Below, piece after piece: positions 24,921-39,065 of a stretch of DNA of 64,000 bases (position 1 is its first letter; each line of letters opens with the position of its first letter). Made by a program: the position numbers and the translations under genes. The DNA comes from Chrysomallon squamiferum (taxonomy: Eukaryota; Animalia; Mollusca), in the NCBI GenBank assembly GCA_012295275.1, contig CM022667.1:3782001-3846000 (forward strand), in the 5' to 3' direction. The notes under the pieces were generated by a model. It was not told the DNA's origin and ran no database searches. It saw nothing but the letters and a program-made list of their open reading frames with translations.

Positions 24921-25846
24921 GTTGTAAATTATTAGAAACTTTCATAAAGTGGTTGTGTTTTTCTGTGTATGTTTTGATATATTTGTGTGTGTGAGTGTGT
25001 TTTTGTCAATATGAATGTAAGAATATGTCTGTTATTTATTTATGGTGTGTCTCATTCTGTAAGTGTGAGTGTGTCTGTATGCATATGGGTTAGTTGGCCA
25101 CTGGGATTATAACATCTTGTTGCATTCCAGTTGTGTTTAAACCTATGGTAATTTTAGTTTATTCTGTTCTGAAGTATATAAACTTTATTCTTTAGCAGTT
25201 TATGCTGATTTAATAACTGCTGTTTTTCCTATTGTCCACACAGTTTAGACATTCTGTATTTCAGTTTAAATAGTTGCACAGTTAGAGCCTACAACATCTA
25301 TTCAAATCATCTCCATCTGGCTTGTAAATCAGGTTACTTTCCTTTCATCTGGGCTGCTGTGAGGCAATATGATTCTGATTTGAGAGTTAAAAAGAGCCTT
25401 AAACATCTCTTTACTTATAGACATCAGTGCTGTCATCTCACCTTCCACTCACTTGCAGATTAGATACATCTCCTCCTTATCATCACAAACTTATTACCCG
25501 CTCATCCGGAACGAGATGAAGTCAGTGATCTCTAAATAAAGCCATTAACCAATTAAACCCTGGCTAACTCCTCACCCACCATCTCCCACTTCTCAGTGGG
25601 TCATTAGAACACATTGATCCAGCGAAGCATGTAATTGTAATCCATGACATCCTCCTTGACGGCAAGCAGGCTTTTGGTAACTTGTACACTGATAGAACAG
25701 ATGGCAGTGATAGAGAAAAGCTGATTTTCATTGTCTTAGCAAGGAAACATATGGAAGCAGCAGAAGGCACTAGAATCTCTTCAAAAACTGTCTGGAGTAA
25801 CATTTATAGTGTTTGGAAAAGAAAGAAAAAACCTTCTTTTAATGCA

Positions 25847-26019
25847 TTGAAAACCATTATGGTTTCCAAGCTTATAAACAAATTAGTTTTTTTATTTATT
25901 TTTTTTTTTTTTTTGCTGGTGATAATCTAAACTGTTTTGAAAACCATCATGGTTTCCAAGCTTAAAAACAAACAAAATTTAATTTAATTTTTTTTATTGG
26001 TGGCGATAATCCAAACAGT
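25847..26019. repeat. ~90-bp tandem duplication
   Basis: TTGAAAACCATYATGGTTTCCAAGCTTA.AAACAAA...GATAATCYAAAC at 25847 and 25937. Confidence 0.8.
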
Positions 26020-27608
26020 GAAAAAAACAATCAGAAGATGATAATTAAATAATAATACTGTATTTAACCTTTAAGAATATTTGTCTCTGTCAGTTTCTAG
26101 ATGTATGAGTCTGTTATATGAAGTTCAAATAAATTAATGTAAAAGAAATTAAGGATGATGGAAATGTGAGACAAAGGAAGAGAGAAAGAGATTAGATTTA
26201 TATTATATAATAAAAAAAAAAAAAAAAAAAATTAAAAAGCAGTATTGCTAAATAATTCTAAAATACTGAAGTTTTTTAAGATGTTAGGTTTGTTGATTTT
26301 AGTTTGACTTTTTGTTTCATTGATGGATTGAACATAGGCATTTATTTCATTGTTCTCTGTTACTAGAATAATTGTTTTGTTTTTTGTCAGTGTTTCTAAA
26401 ATTGGTGCTGAAAACGATTCTGATTCTATCGTTAGTTTTTGCACCATTACTTCTAGTAATAATATTATTTCATTCTGAAAAACTGAAAATTTAATTTAAA
26501 TAAGTTTGTTTAATTTTTCTCAAATATAACTCTAATTTTTGAAAAATAATCATTTGTACTTGTTTAGTATCAGTAAGTGCACAATTCAGTAAAACTGCAT
26601 TTAGTATTGGAATTTTTACCATGTTGGCAAAAATAAATCTATAACTTAAAAGAAACAAAAGAAACAAATATTCTTACATTTCACTACATTTTTAATTTGA
26701 AAAAACAATAAACACAATGTTTTTTTTTTTTTTTTTATCTTTATGCAACCACACATTCCTGTTTTATTACCATTTGCATTCAACTTTCCAACGTAATTAT
26801 CTAAAACAAATCCTAATTCATAGACAGCTGGCAAAGCCGAACTTTGTCTCTCTCTCTCTGGTCATTTATAATTCTGTCGCCACCAGTGGCCTCATGGGAT
26901 GGTTTAATATGGAACCAGAAAGCCAGGGAGTCACATGCCTGCATACAGAATTTCTAGTCTTTCTGGATTGACAGTTGGTCCACAGACTCCTGGGATGTCT
27001 GTACAATATGATAGCAGATGGCATGCCCATGTAGCCAAGTCCCCACACATTAAAAAAAACACCTGGTACCCTCCTGTCTCTATGTAAATTATTTATCAGA
27101 ATCGATAGAGAATTGTTAATTATTTCAATCTTCTCCATTGGACAGCTGTTTTGTAGTCGGAACTGTTTTCTCTAATCAAGCAGTGTTTCTGTGGTAGTCT
27201 GTCCTGTTCACAGTAATATGCATACAATCCTTTTAGTATAATATTTAGTAATATTATAATATAGTAAATTAATTAGTGTGTCATAAAATGGAAGCAACTG
27301 GCATACCATGCAAACTACTTTAATTAGTATGACATACTATGGAAAATTTAATTAGTATATCATAATATTGAAAATTTAATTATCATAATATAGAAATTTA
27401 ATTAATATAATATGGTAATATAATTTGTAGTTCATTATTCAGCCTCAGATTAGAATATCATATGGTAATTTAATCAGAATATCATAATATCATACTATAA
27501 TTAGTATATCAAATACATTTATATTATAATTAGTATACTAATGTAAGACAAATTTTTACTATTATTCTATAATCATTTAAAAAGTTAATAAAAGAGTAAT
27601 GATTAAAT

Positions 27609-27645
<37 letters not shown>

Positions 27646-28584
27646 AATTAAAATTAAAAAAAAAAAAAAAATAAGAGAAGGGAAAATTGATTCAGAGTAG
27701 AACCTAGAAACAGCTGTGAAATTCATTATTTTTTTTTTATCAACTTAATTTATGCATTAAAACTTTTTTATTTATTTATTTATTTATTTATTATTATTTT
27801 TTTTTTGTATGTATGTGTGTTTGTTACTGGTGTAATGTCAGTACTAAGGGAGGCATTAAAAAAATGATGAGTGGAATAAGAGAGAGAAAGGGGAGAGTAA
27901 CAGAAAAAGTAAGAAAATGATGGGGAGAAAATAAGGAGTGACAGAAAATAAAAGCATGATGGAGAGAATTATGAAAGAGAAAATTAAAAAACATGATAGA
28001 ATAAGAAACTGATGGAGAGAGAATAGGACAGAAAGAAAGACATTTTTTTTTTTAATAGAATATGGAAGAAGAAAGAATGATAGAGAAAATAAAAGAAAGC
28101 TTGACTGACAGACAGAAAGAGAAAGAGAGAACCATTTGTTTAATTCAGTTTTCTCTAATAATAATATTAACTTTTCTTTACAAAGATTTCATCTAGACTG
28201 ATAATAACATTTTCACAAATAATTCCCATGACATGTTACAACCAATCAGAGATGAAATTGAATTTACTCCTTTCTCATGTGACCTGTGACCTGAGGGGTT
28301 TTGATACTGTTCTGTATGAGTAGCAGGATATTACAGATTATGAAAAATTGCTCACAAAAAATAATATCATTATTGTTATGCACATTAATATCTTTATTCC
28401 ACAACATTTTACCTACCATTTTAGATATATAAGTAATGCAATGGCTTGAACCAGTATGGTATAACACATACAATATTGTTTTTTTTAGATCATTAATATT
28501 TAATTTAATATTAGTATTAAAAATGATGTGAAAGTAATCTTATATTTGGTATACTGACATTGTGTTTTTTTTTAGTAAGAAGTC

Positions 28585-28616
<32 letters not shown>

Positions 28617-30872
28617 TTTTCTAGTTACTTATTTATTTACATTTTTACTTATATATTTTTTTTAATTTGGGGGGTTAGCCTATATTTTGTTAAATAATTA
28701 GTTAATTATTTTGTTTGGTATAATTTATTGTTATTCTTTCTCTTTTTTTCTATGTAGTAGCAGATGGTAGCAATTTAAATTTACATCATTTATAATTTCC
28801 AGAATAGAATAAATTATTAAATTAATAAAGTTTATTTATTCCATATATCCTAAAGGTGAGGAAAACCACAAACAAAGTTAATGATTTAGAAAAAAAACCC
28901 CCCAAAAAAAACAAAACAAACCCAACAACATTGTAAATGATTAATTTCCAAACAATGTGCCTTTGGAGGGCCTCTTGCTGAAATCATTGATTCCAGGATG
29001 TTTTAGCACTTGCTGATGTATTGTGTTCAAAAAGTGTTGAAAGAAATCAAGTCTGAAGAGAGCCGTAATATTAACATGTTCAGACCATAATGGCCTCCTT
29101 CATCTTAACAACAGCAGGCCAGAGGTCACTGGTTGTTTTGTATTGTAATCGGTTTTATATAAACATTTCGTTTTCTAAGCTTTCGCTAATCATATTGATG
29201 ATCTCTTTATGCCATTTTCGTCATCGTCTTTTCTTCATTTATTTAATCAGATGAAGGAAACAAGCTGCATGTGACACACATATTTTTTTTTTTCTCCTCA
29301 TGACAGATGTTACCCTGCAGAAAATAAATTTTGCTGCAAGCATTTTATTCAATGTAAATATAATTTTAAAATAGAACAATAACAAAAAAAAAAAAAAAAA
29401 AAAAAAAAAATGTTTTTGATATATTTTATAAATAGAGCTGTAATACAAACACTAAAAAATGATAGGTAATTATTGTTCCTCTTTTTTTGTTATTTTGTTG
29501 TGTAATGTTATGGTTAAACAAATAAATGAATAAAAGAAAGATGAATAATTCAATAATAAATCATGGTTTAATGGTATCTGAACACATTATTATTAGTATT
29601 ACTATTACTACTACCATTATTATTATTATCACTATCATTATCATTATTTTTATTATTATTATTAGTAGTAGTAGTAGTAGTAGTATCACTATTATTATTA
29701 TGTTTTTGTAAAAGTAATATGAGAGAAGACAACTGTGACTATAACTTATTGATTATATGTTACAGATTAGTAATTATGAATATCTTTTTATTACCTTCCC
29801 ATAAACAGTAAAATAATAAGATGAATGGATTGTGAAGAACTAGTCATAGTGATAGACAAATGGTTGTGTGGATCATCAGTTATTTTGTTGTTGTTTTTTT
29901 TTGTTATAAATTTATACATTTGTTTTTAACCAGATGATTTTGGATAAATAAGGTAATAATAATAATAATAATAAATAATAAATGTTTTTTTTCTTATATA
30001 CAATAAAGCTCTTTAAATCAAGACTGCAATGTAGAATACTGTTTCACCTTTCATGGTACCAAGTCTTTAGTAAACACATAGCATAGAATAAACAGAAATT
30101 CATGTATTCTTGATAAAAGCTATTTTAAAACCTTTGAGATTTCAAAAACTTTTGTTTTAAAAAAAACAAAATTGTTTCATCCCACTAAGGAAAACAAGAA
30201 AACAAAGATATAAAAGGAGTTGGCATCATTATAAATCAGTTTTATATTTTTTATTTTACATTTTTCTTTATCTATTTTTCTTTTTCTTTTTCTTTTATTT
30301 TTGTTTTTGTTTTTGTTTTTTTTTTGTTTTTTTTTTTTTTTTATTTAATATATTTTTTTTTCATTTTTCTTTTTCTTTTTCTTTTTATTGTTTTCATGGC
30401 AAAACATTATTTAAAAATATATATATTTTGGTAAAAAGCAAGGAAAGACAGACAGACAGTAAGACACAAAACAGGTGGAAGGTGTATTTGTCAGAGTATA
30501 CAAATTGTACTCCCTAGATGTCAGTGTTAAAATCAGTTGTCCTAGTATCTCACTATGTACACAAAACAGGGCTGGTCTGTGCTGTATCAATTAATACTAG
30601 TGCTGCCACCTGTAGGCAATGTGCAGCATTTGGGACAGAATTTTGATTGTCATATTAGATTATGGAAATGAGACGAGTAACAACGTAATTCTCACATGTA
30701 TCAGTTAAGAACAGACAGCTATGCAAAAAGAGGAATGAATGTAAAATAAGTATGTGAAAAAAAAAAGAAGAAGGAGAAATGACAAAAACAGAATTTAAAT
30801 ATATGTAAAACAAGTGGGCAGCAGGCAAGAGAGGAGGAAATAAAATTAATAGACAGAAAAAAAGAAAGAAAG

Positions 30873-30903
<31 letters not shown>

Positions 30904-31794
30904 AAAAAAAAAAACAGAAGCAATAAAACGAAATAAAAAGTTGCCCTAAAAAGAGAAAGAAAAGTTTTAATAAAAAGAATAGAATTTATTTATTTATTTG
31001 TTTTTATATATATATATATATATATTAGAAAAAAAGGTTAAAAAAAAAGCAACAAAAGTAAATAATTACACTAACAATATATAAAAGATTAAAAAAAAAA
31101 AAAAAAAACCAAGAATAAGTCAGGAAGTGAAACAGAAAAATGAAATATATAGTCTAAAAGATGTTTTTAAATATTAAAATATTTTCCAAATCACTATGAC
31201 TACTTCAGTTGGTAATATAGTTTTCTCTTTGATACATCAACCATAGAAATCTGGTTAATTTTCATTGGTTATTCCGGAAACTATATTCTAGAAAGCAGCC
31301 AAGTTTCATGTTTTACTTATTTTATGCTTCAACAAGCTAATAAATAAATAAAATAAATAAATAAATGAATAAAATTCACAATGTAATTATGATTAAAAAA
31401 TGAATTTATTTAAAAATAAAATTGAAAAATATAATAAATAAAAATAAAAACAAAAAGTTTTATGTTAAATAAGACATAAATTATAAGGAATTAAAAATAG
31501 GAAAGAAGAAAATAATTACAAGGCAATAAAGTAAATTTAAAGATGAATGATAAATGTACACATAGTAATGAAATAATACATACAAGACTTTTAATAAACG
31601 TACTCAGTGAGATGTAGAATATTACATGTGACCAAAGTGTCAACAGCTGTGATATGATTTAATGACTTTTTATTTATGTTTACTATATAAGTAAATATGA
31701 TATGTCTCTTTAGAGCAGTAATATATAAAACAGACTAGCTGTTACCTAGTCAGTATAAATCCATATGAAGATTAGTCTCGCAGAAATCTTATGC

Positions 31795-32140
31795 AGGTTA
31801 GACCATTTTTTTAAAACAATTTTTTTTTTTTAAATTTATTTAAAGAACAATGTTTGTTGTCTTTAGATCATTTAAATAGGGGGTGAATTATTATTATTTA
31901 TTTTTTAATTAAAGAACCAATGCAACGTTGTTGAGTTTAGATTGTTTTAGAGAAGTACTGAATTATCTATTTTTAAAAAAGTTTTCTTAACTTAATTCTT
32001 GATGAGTTTTAGATCATTTTAAAAAAGAATTGAATTATTTGTTTATTTATTTTTATTTTATTTTTTTAGTTTTCTATGTCTTAATTAAGGAAATTGGTTG
32101 ATGAATTTAGATCATATAAAAATAAATTGAATTATTTGTC
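31795..32140. repeat. Degenerate ~75-100-bp tandem repeat
   Basis: TTTAGATYRT...TGAATTAT recurs at ~31862, 31936, 32008 and 32107. Confidence 0.6.
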
Positions 32141-32961
32141 TTTTTTAAAAAATATTTTCATTTTTTATCAGTTTCACTTTAGGTATTCATTGTGGTATTT
32201 TAATTTATATATATCTGTACATAAATTTATATAATTATTTTAATTTTAAAACCATCACTAGATAGTAAATAAAATCAATTTTCAAATTATTTTTAGAGTA
32301 TTTATAATATACATTTTTGCTTTGAGTTTAATTATTTCTGTGTCTTAATTGAAATAGCAGTCCTTTTTTTTAATTGTTTTAATGGGATTAGGCCACTTTT
32401 AAACTGTTGTTAAAGAAAACATTTTATTTTATTTTGAATATTGAATTTATTGTCCTTTGTTTAAATTTAAAGCATTTAATCCACTTAGTTTTAGGTAGGT
32501 TTGCATTCAGTTTCTAAATTTCATAATTTCATTTTCAATTTCAAAAAAAATGTTTTGTTCCTCTTAGTATGTGTAACATTTTTAACCTTCAGATTTTAAT
32601 TTTTGATATTAATTTTTAGACATTTGCCATTGATTTTAACAACTATTATTTTTCTCTTTCTTTTAGTTTTTTTTAATTAATTTTTTAACTTCTTTGTAGT
32701 TTTTGCTTCCTCAGTTCATAGATTGTCTTTATTTTGAGGAACTTCTTACTTGTTCTCACTTTTTAAAAAATATTATTTATGAATGTCTATTTCAAGTACC
32801 TGATTTTTCAATATTCTGATGACGGTTTAGAACCTTTTTTGAGAGCAGAATAAATTTGAAATGCATTAATTTACATTTAATATATTTTTAAAAATTACTA
32901 ATGAGCAACTTAAGGTAATATTTGTTTACATTTGTAATTGTGCAAAGTTCCTTAAAGACAT

Positions 32962-33004
<43 letters not shown>

Positions 33005-33752
33005 TATAAAATATATATTATTCTTTGATTTGTAAATTTATCTTTTTATTATAAGTTTTTTTATTTCACTGAAAAACAAATGTTTTTCCTTTCATTTTTA
33101 AATACAATATTTTTCATTTTTGACTACAAAATAATATAAATATGAATATACATGAGCATACATACATACATACATACATACATACATACATACATGCATA
33201 CATACATATGTTTTATTATATTCCATTTAATATATTTATGAGTTTATTTATAATCCACCAATGTTTACTTTTTAAAGTTTTTGATTATGATTGTTGTTTC
33301 TAACTATAAACATACAAAAATTCCATGAACATAACCCCCCCCAAACAATTACAGTTCCTTTCTTCTTTTTTTTACTCTTTTTTTTAATGGTGAGTAGTCA
33401 ATTGTTCTGAAACATGTAAAGTCACACCACTTAGGAAGTGTACAAGTTTTAGGTACATCCCGAAAACCAAACAGATACTTGTTGATCTGCTGCCTGTTAA
33501 GATGGGCTAATAAGGGAGAGATAATCACATGCCAGGACTCTAGGGGTAGATAGGAGGGTCATCAGTTGAAAATGCTGTCCAAAATTGTGTGTTGACTTGA
33601 CCTCTTTTCATAGCAATGTCCAAAGATTCTTTCTTTCATGCTTCCATTTATGTAATTATCTACCCATAAATATCTGTCCTAAATATAGTCAAAAACTAAA
33701 TAAATATAATTAACATATATTTTAAAGTGAAATAAAATGCTTTTGTGTAATA

Positions 33753-33755
<3 letters not shown>

Positions 33756-33794
<39 letters not shown>

Positions 33795-33945
33795 ACATAG
33801 GTAGTAACATTTTATGTTCAAATTTCAGTTTTAGTATACTGGCAGATATAAAGTGAAATTTGAACATAAAATGTTGCTATCTGTGTGGCACACACACACA
33901 CAAACACACACACACACACACACACTGGCAGATATAAACTGAAAT
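33756..33945. repeat. 72-bp inverted repeat (fold-back duplication) with a duplicated loop segment
   Basis: 33756-33827 is the reverse complement of 33854-33925, with a perfect 22-bp core (33806-33827 / 33854-33875). ACTGGCAGATATAAASTGAAAT occurs at both 33838 and 33924. Confidence 0.93.
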
Positions 33946-34088
33946 GAATTATATGATATTTAAAGTTTATTACAAAAATGTCTGGTCTCATTTTTAAAAT
34001 GCATGTGAGAGTCACTTAGAGTACCACTAATGGATTATAAAAATAGATCAGAAAGAAAATATATAAAACTAATATTTAAAGTTAAATC

Positions 34089-34124
<36 letters not shown>

Positions 34125-34125
34125 C

Positions 34126-34167
<42 letters not shown>
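34089..34167. repeat. (AAT)n microsatellite
   Basis: AAT run with one interruption. Confidence 0.95.
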
Positions 34168-34168
<1 letters not shown>

Positions 34169-34569
34169 ATTAATAGAAATAAATAAAGAAAAGAACATTA
34201 AAACAAGAAAAGTATTTATAATAACTAAGAATATATATATATACATCATCATAAGTCTCTGAAAAATGATAAATATTTTAAGATACAAATCATTCTGAAA
34301 TAAACAGTCTTTGATAATTTGAGAAATCTTTTGAATTGAGAAATAGACTTTTTAGATGGATTTGGGATCCATTAGTCTTCAGTTAAATGTTTCAGCACAG
34401 AGCACCAACAATAATAATAGCTGACAAAAAGAAAGAAAAAAATAACAACATTAAAAACGCATAGAAATTAGTTTAAAATTCAGTTACATTGTTAGACAGT
34501 TGTGTATTTATTTATTCAATAAAAAACTGAAACAGGTGACACAGCCATTTTTATTTTTAATTGTTCAAA

Positions 34570-35010
34570 TTTCAGTTGACCTTGGCCCGAAACTGAAAAG
34601 TTTTCTATCTGAAAAGTTTTAAATGCTTAAAACGGATTTCGTTTTTTTATTACAAGTTAAAACTTGATACACTGAAGATCAATGATTCATTTGTAATGTT
34701 GTTATTATATATTTCACTTACTCACTGCAACAGCCTGCCATGTACTTACCATGTCAGCTTGCTGCATTTGTATTGGTCGGTTCGTGCTGTTAAGAACCAC
34801 GATTGGTCAGATTGTTTTCAGAATGCAAAATGGCAGCTGCATCCATAGAGCTTACCTATTTGTACACATGGTTCACTTGTATCAAAACATATTGATTGCT
34901 GCACAGCTGTGCTTAGCACCGATATTGCGCTGACTCAGGCAAATTGCGTCGCTGCCATCTGATAGTTAACTGCCCTTGGATGGAGCAGATGCGTCGGCCA
35001 TTTTGTGAAA
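34570..35010. promoter_or_regulatory. Internal promoter/enhancer-like CpG-retaining island
   Basis: Two ATTGG (CCAAT) boxes 30 bp apart (34772, 34802). YY1-type CAAAATGGC on + (~34826) and on - (~34997-35005). TGACTCA at 34931, TGACCTTGG at 34577, and a CTCF-like GCTGCCATCTGATAG at 34951. Confidence 0.5.
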
Positions 35011-37942
35011 AATCAATTTAACAAGTGCAATGTTTTTCACCACTAATTAACAGCTGCTTGCATATTGCAGTTTTTGTTTTTATTTCTCAGTTCAGCTGTA
35101 GGTTTGGTTTGAGTGAGCCCCCTGTTTTTATTTGTTAAAATTACAGTTACATAACAATATAACAATGGATGTTTTGTTTTAGATTATTAAAAATGTAAAA
35201 GTAAGGAGTAATAATTATAAAAGTAATAATAGCAATGATAGTGATAAATAAATAAAACACTAAAACAAATAATAATAAGAAGAATTATAATAATAATAAA
35301 TAATTAAAAGTAATAAAAATAAGAAATACTGTTTTTACTTGGATATCTTAAAATTCTGGTCTAATATGAGGTAATTAAAAAAAAAAAAAGTAATGATAAA
35401 AAAATAAGGAAATAGAAAAAAAGAAGAAGAAGAAGAAGAAGTAAGAAATTGATCTGAGAGCAGACGGAATTCTTAAAATTTATCTGTTAAACTTAATTTT
35501 GTGCATTTCCACTTCCTGTTTGTTACATTACCAAATCTGACACTTTCCTATAATATCATCATCATCATCATCATCATCAACAGAACAACAGCTATTTTAC
35601 AAATGATGCAAACTGGTAATGCTGCTTATTGAATGAGAATATCTTTTATGTTATTATGTTAGTTTTTTTCCTTCTTCATAACATGCTCAGATGTTTCTTT
35701 GAGTTGTATGACGTGACACTTCTATATTGAGTTTGTCGAAAATGAAAGTGACAGAATGAGACTGTTAATGTATTTGTGACTTGTTTGTTGGTTTTTGTCT
35801 GATTGTGTATGTGTAAATTGAGTTTTCGGCTGGATCAATGACTCCATGGAATGAAATTTGTCCAATTAGACAGTTTGTGAGATTGTTTTTGGATTTTTTA
35901 TTGCATTACAGAATAAACAACTAAAATTTGTGAAACACGCAGGTTGGCACAAAGTTCTTGTTTGGTGCTTGGTGGTTGTGGGTTCAAGTCTTTGCAGATT
36001 TTTATAATGGTTTCCTATTTATTAGAGGTGTCTGTTCTGTTCTGCAAGATGTTATGGGTTTTGTTTCTTTTCTAAAATTTTGTAAAAATTTCTTATTTCA
36101 GTTTTTTTTACTTCTGTGAGATCATGTTTGTTGTTTTTGTCATTCAGATAATTTATTTATTCTGTATTCATTCATGATGGGTGTTGGGGATTCAGCTTTT
36201 TTCCGTTTTCTTATACAGATTTCTTATTTAGTAGAGATATCTGTGTTCTGTAGTGTTTACTACTGTGGATATCATATACCAATAAAATTTCACTTGAAAC
36301 TAATACTCACTAAAATTCTCTCTATCTCTTTTTCTCTCATATTATTTCTTTTTCTTTCTCACAGTCTTTCTTTCTCTCTATCTCTGTTAGCTCTGTGTTC
36401 TTCTCACTATCACAGATAACAAATAAATAGCAAACAAACAAATATATTAATAAAAACAAACTGAACACTGATTAATTTGAATATATTCTGAATCAGTAAC
36501 AGTTTTTCTTGTTTGTTAGACGGGACACATGTGTGCTTAGCTGGTGAACAGACGATGCTGTCATTACGCTGATGTTATGCTCACTAATTTGTGCTCATGT
36601 CAAAGCGGAATTATGGGTATTAACAGTGATTGCATATAATGACCTTCAATTGAAATTAGTGTTCGACTTTTGAGTCACCTGGTTCCTAAAGTAGACTGCC
36701 AAATTAGGTTTTATTTTAAGCAAATCCTTTATTATTATAATTATTGCTATTATTATTATTATTTTGTTTGTTTGTTTTAAATTATAATAATTGAAATTTC
36801 CAATTGATTTCTCATTACTCTTATGTTTTTTCAATAATCAAAATAATTTTTTTTTATAGATAAATATTAATAAAAATGACATTAAAAACAAAACTGTGAA
36901 ATTTGCAATTTGTTGTAAATTTTATGATCACATTAAAATTCTGATAAAATTTTGATATTTTGTTTATAAGCTAGAAAAACAATATAAAGTACTTATTAAT
37001 CTGATATTGAAACTGATTATTTGATTTTTTTGTCCTTTTTTTATTTTTATTTTTTTCTTCTGATATATGAAGCGAAGGTCTAATATGAAAAATTATATAT
37101 ATATTTTATTTTTTATTTTCCCTACAATGTATGTAGAATATTACGTAGAACTGCATTTACAGAGTAAAATGACTTTTGATATAATTTGAATTTTTAGTAA
37201 TGTTGTTATGGAAATGAAGCTTTGGTTGGTGTAGGAAACAACCAGAATGGAAATCATGTTATGATCCATCAAGCCTCAGGTTTCAGATATTACTGCTGAT
37301 GGTGCAGGTCATTTTAAAATGTCTGACTAGGTTAGAGAGCCCAGTCAGACAGACGTTCTCATGTCATCCATTTTTGTGTTTGTCAGAATATCAACCGGTT
37401 CTATTAAAAATAAGCACAGCATTCAAAATTAGTGGTACGTGATTACAACAAGACTTTAATCCTCAGACTTTAACAACACCGCAGTGGATGTGTCTAGATA
37501 ACTGAACAAGAGACTGGAGAAGAATTACTGGACGATGGGTCCAAACAGCGAATAACAAAGAAGCCCAAATTTCACTACTTCCTGTAATACCATCCACACA
37601 CCTGATCCCAATTTTCCAAGAGTCTGTGACCAGTTTTGCTGGTAATGATATTTTATCTAAGAATCGGATGTAATTATCAGTGAATGGATGAAGCTGGGGG
37701 TTGTTGATGTGAGGGAGAAAATTACTTATTGTTGAGAGAGCTCTGTTGCTGCAGACACCTGGGTCTCACTTGTTAATGCCCCTTTTCAATGCTGCTCACA
37801 CTCCTGCATTCAATTTGCATTTTGTGTCGAACACAATTTAATTTTCCTAATTTAATTTGATATGTTTCACACAATAAAGTGACTAAAATCAACACTTTTG
37901 AAACAAATTCTCATTATTCAAGATGAATTATGAAAGCAAATA

Positions 37943-38110
37943 TTGCAGTTACACTTGAGTTTTGGAAAATAGTTATTTCTAAAAGCGTCTTGCAGTTATA
38001 CCTGATTTTTGGAAAATGGTTATATTTAAAAGTGTTTTGAAATTTAAGTACTGCAGTTATACCTGATTTTTGGAAAATGGTTATATTTAAAAGCATTTTG
38101 AAATTTAAAA
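37943..38110. repeat. Three-copy ~47-62-bp tandem repeat
   Basis: TGCAGTTATACCTGATTTTTGGAAAATGGTTATATTTAAAAG at ~37991 and 38053, with a diverged copy at ~37944. Confidence 0.85.
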
Positions 38111-39013
38111 CTCCTATACTATAAAAACAAAAGTGAATTAATTTTCTATGTGATTTTAATGGCTTTATTTTTATTTATTTTATTTTTATTAAAAGTGCTA
38201 TTAAAAACAGAACTAAATATGACATTAATTTTCATTGTTTTATGGGTTTTATTTTATTTTATTTAGAATTTTACTTATTTAAAAGTGTTATTAAAAAAAG
38301 AAATACAAAAAATCAAAAAACATGAAAAACACTTTTGTTTTCTTCTATTCTGTCAATAGATCTAGTAAAGTGAACTCAGTTTTGATGTTTTTTTTTTTTT
38401 GCATTAAAATAAGACTCTTATTATTGACTGAAGTTTTAACTGGGAAGGGTTGAACAACTTATTAATATGTGTGTGTGTGTGTGTGTGTGTGTGGGAGTGT
38501 GTGTGTGTGTGTGTGTAACCAAATGAATGAATATTATTTTTATACATATATATTTTTTTTTTTATTATATATATATATATAAAATAAAAAAAAAAATATA
38601 TAAAAAAATGATGTTTTTAAATATTTGTACTTAAAACAGTCAGCTATTCTGTATTCAAATCACAACACTCTGACATGTTTGGGCCACTTTCTCCTGCAAG
38701 ACTGATTCAATTTCAGAGGTGGCAGGTCCCAGGAGGGTTTCTTTTCTCATAAACCTCTGACACCCACTGATTGATGAAGGATTTTCTTTTTCCCTTAGAG
38801 AAAGCGCATGAACACAGTTTAAGTGTGCACAGTCATGAAAGTCAATTAAGAAAATTAAAAAAAGATTTTCTTGAGAAAAGTTTGGTCTAAAGTTTTAAAG
38901 CATTTTAATTTAATTTTTTCTAAAATAATTAAATTTGTTAATTAATTTTCTTTTTTTTATTATTTATTTATTTTTATGTTATAATTAGCCTTATCATCAC
39001 AATCATCATTATG

Positions 39014-39065
<52 letters not shown>

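Noticed and set aside
24965-24986. Resemblance to miR-190 (TATGTTTTGATATATTTG)
   Set aside because: An extra T breaks the match, the context is GT-rich low complexity, and no complementary arm is visible.
37498-37587. Protein-like stretch TEQETGEELLDDGSKQRITKKPKFHYFL
   Set aside because: Bounded by stops, with no ATG and no convincing splice sites.
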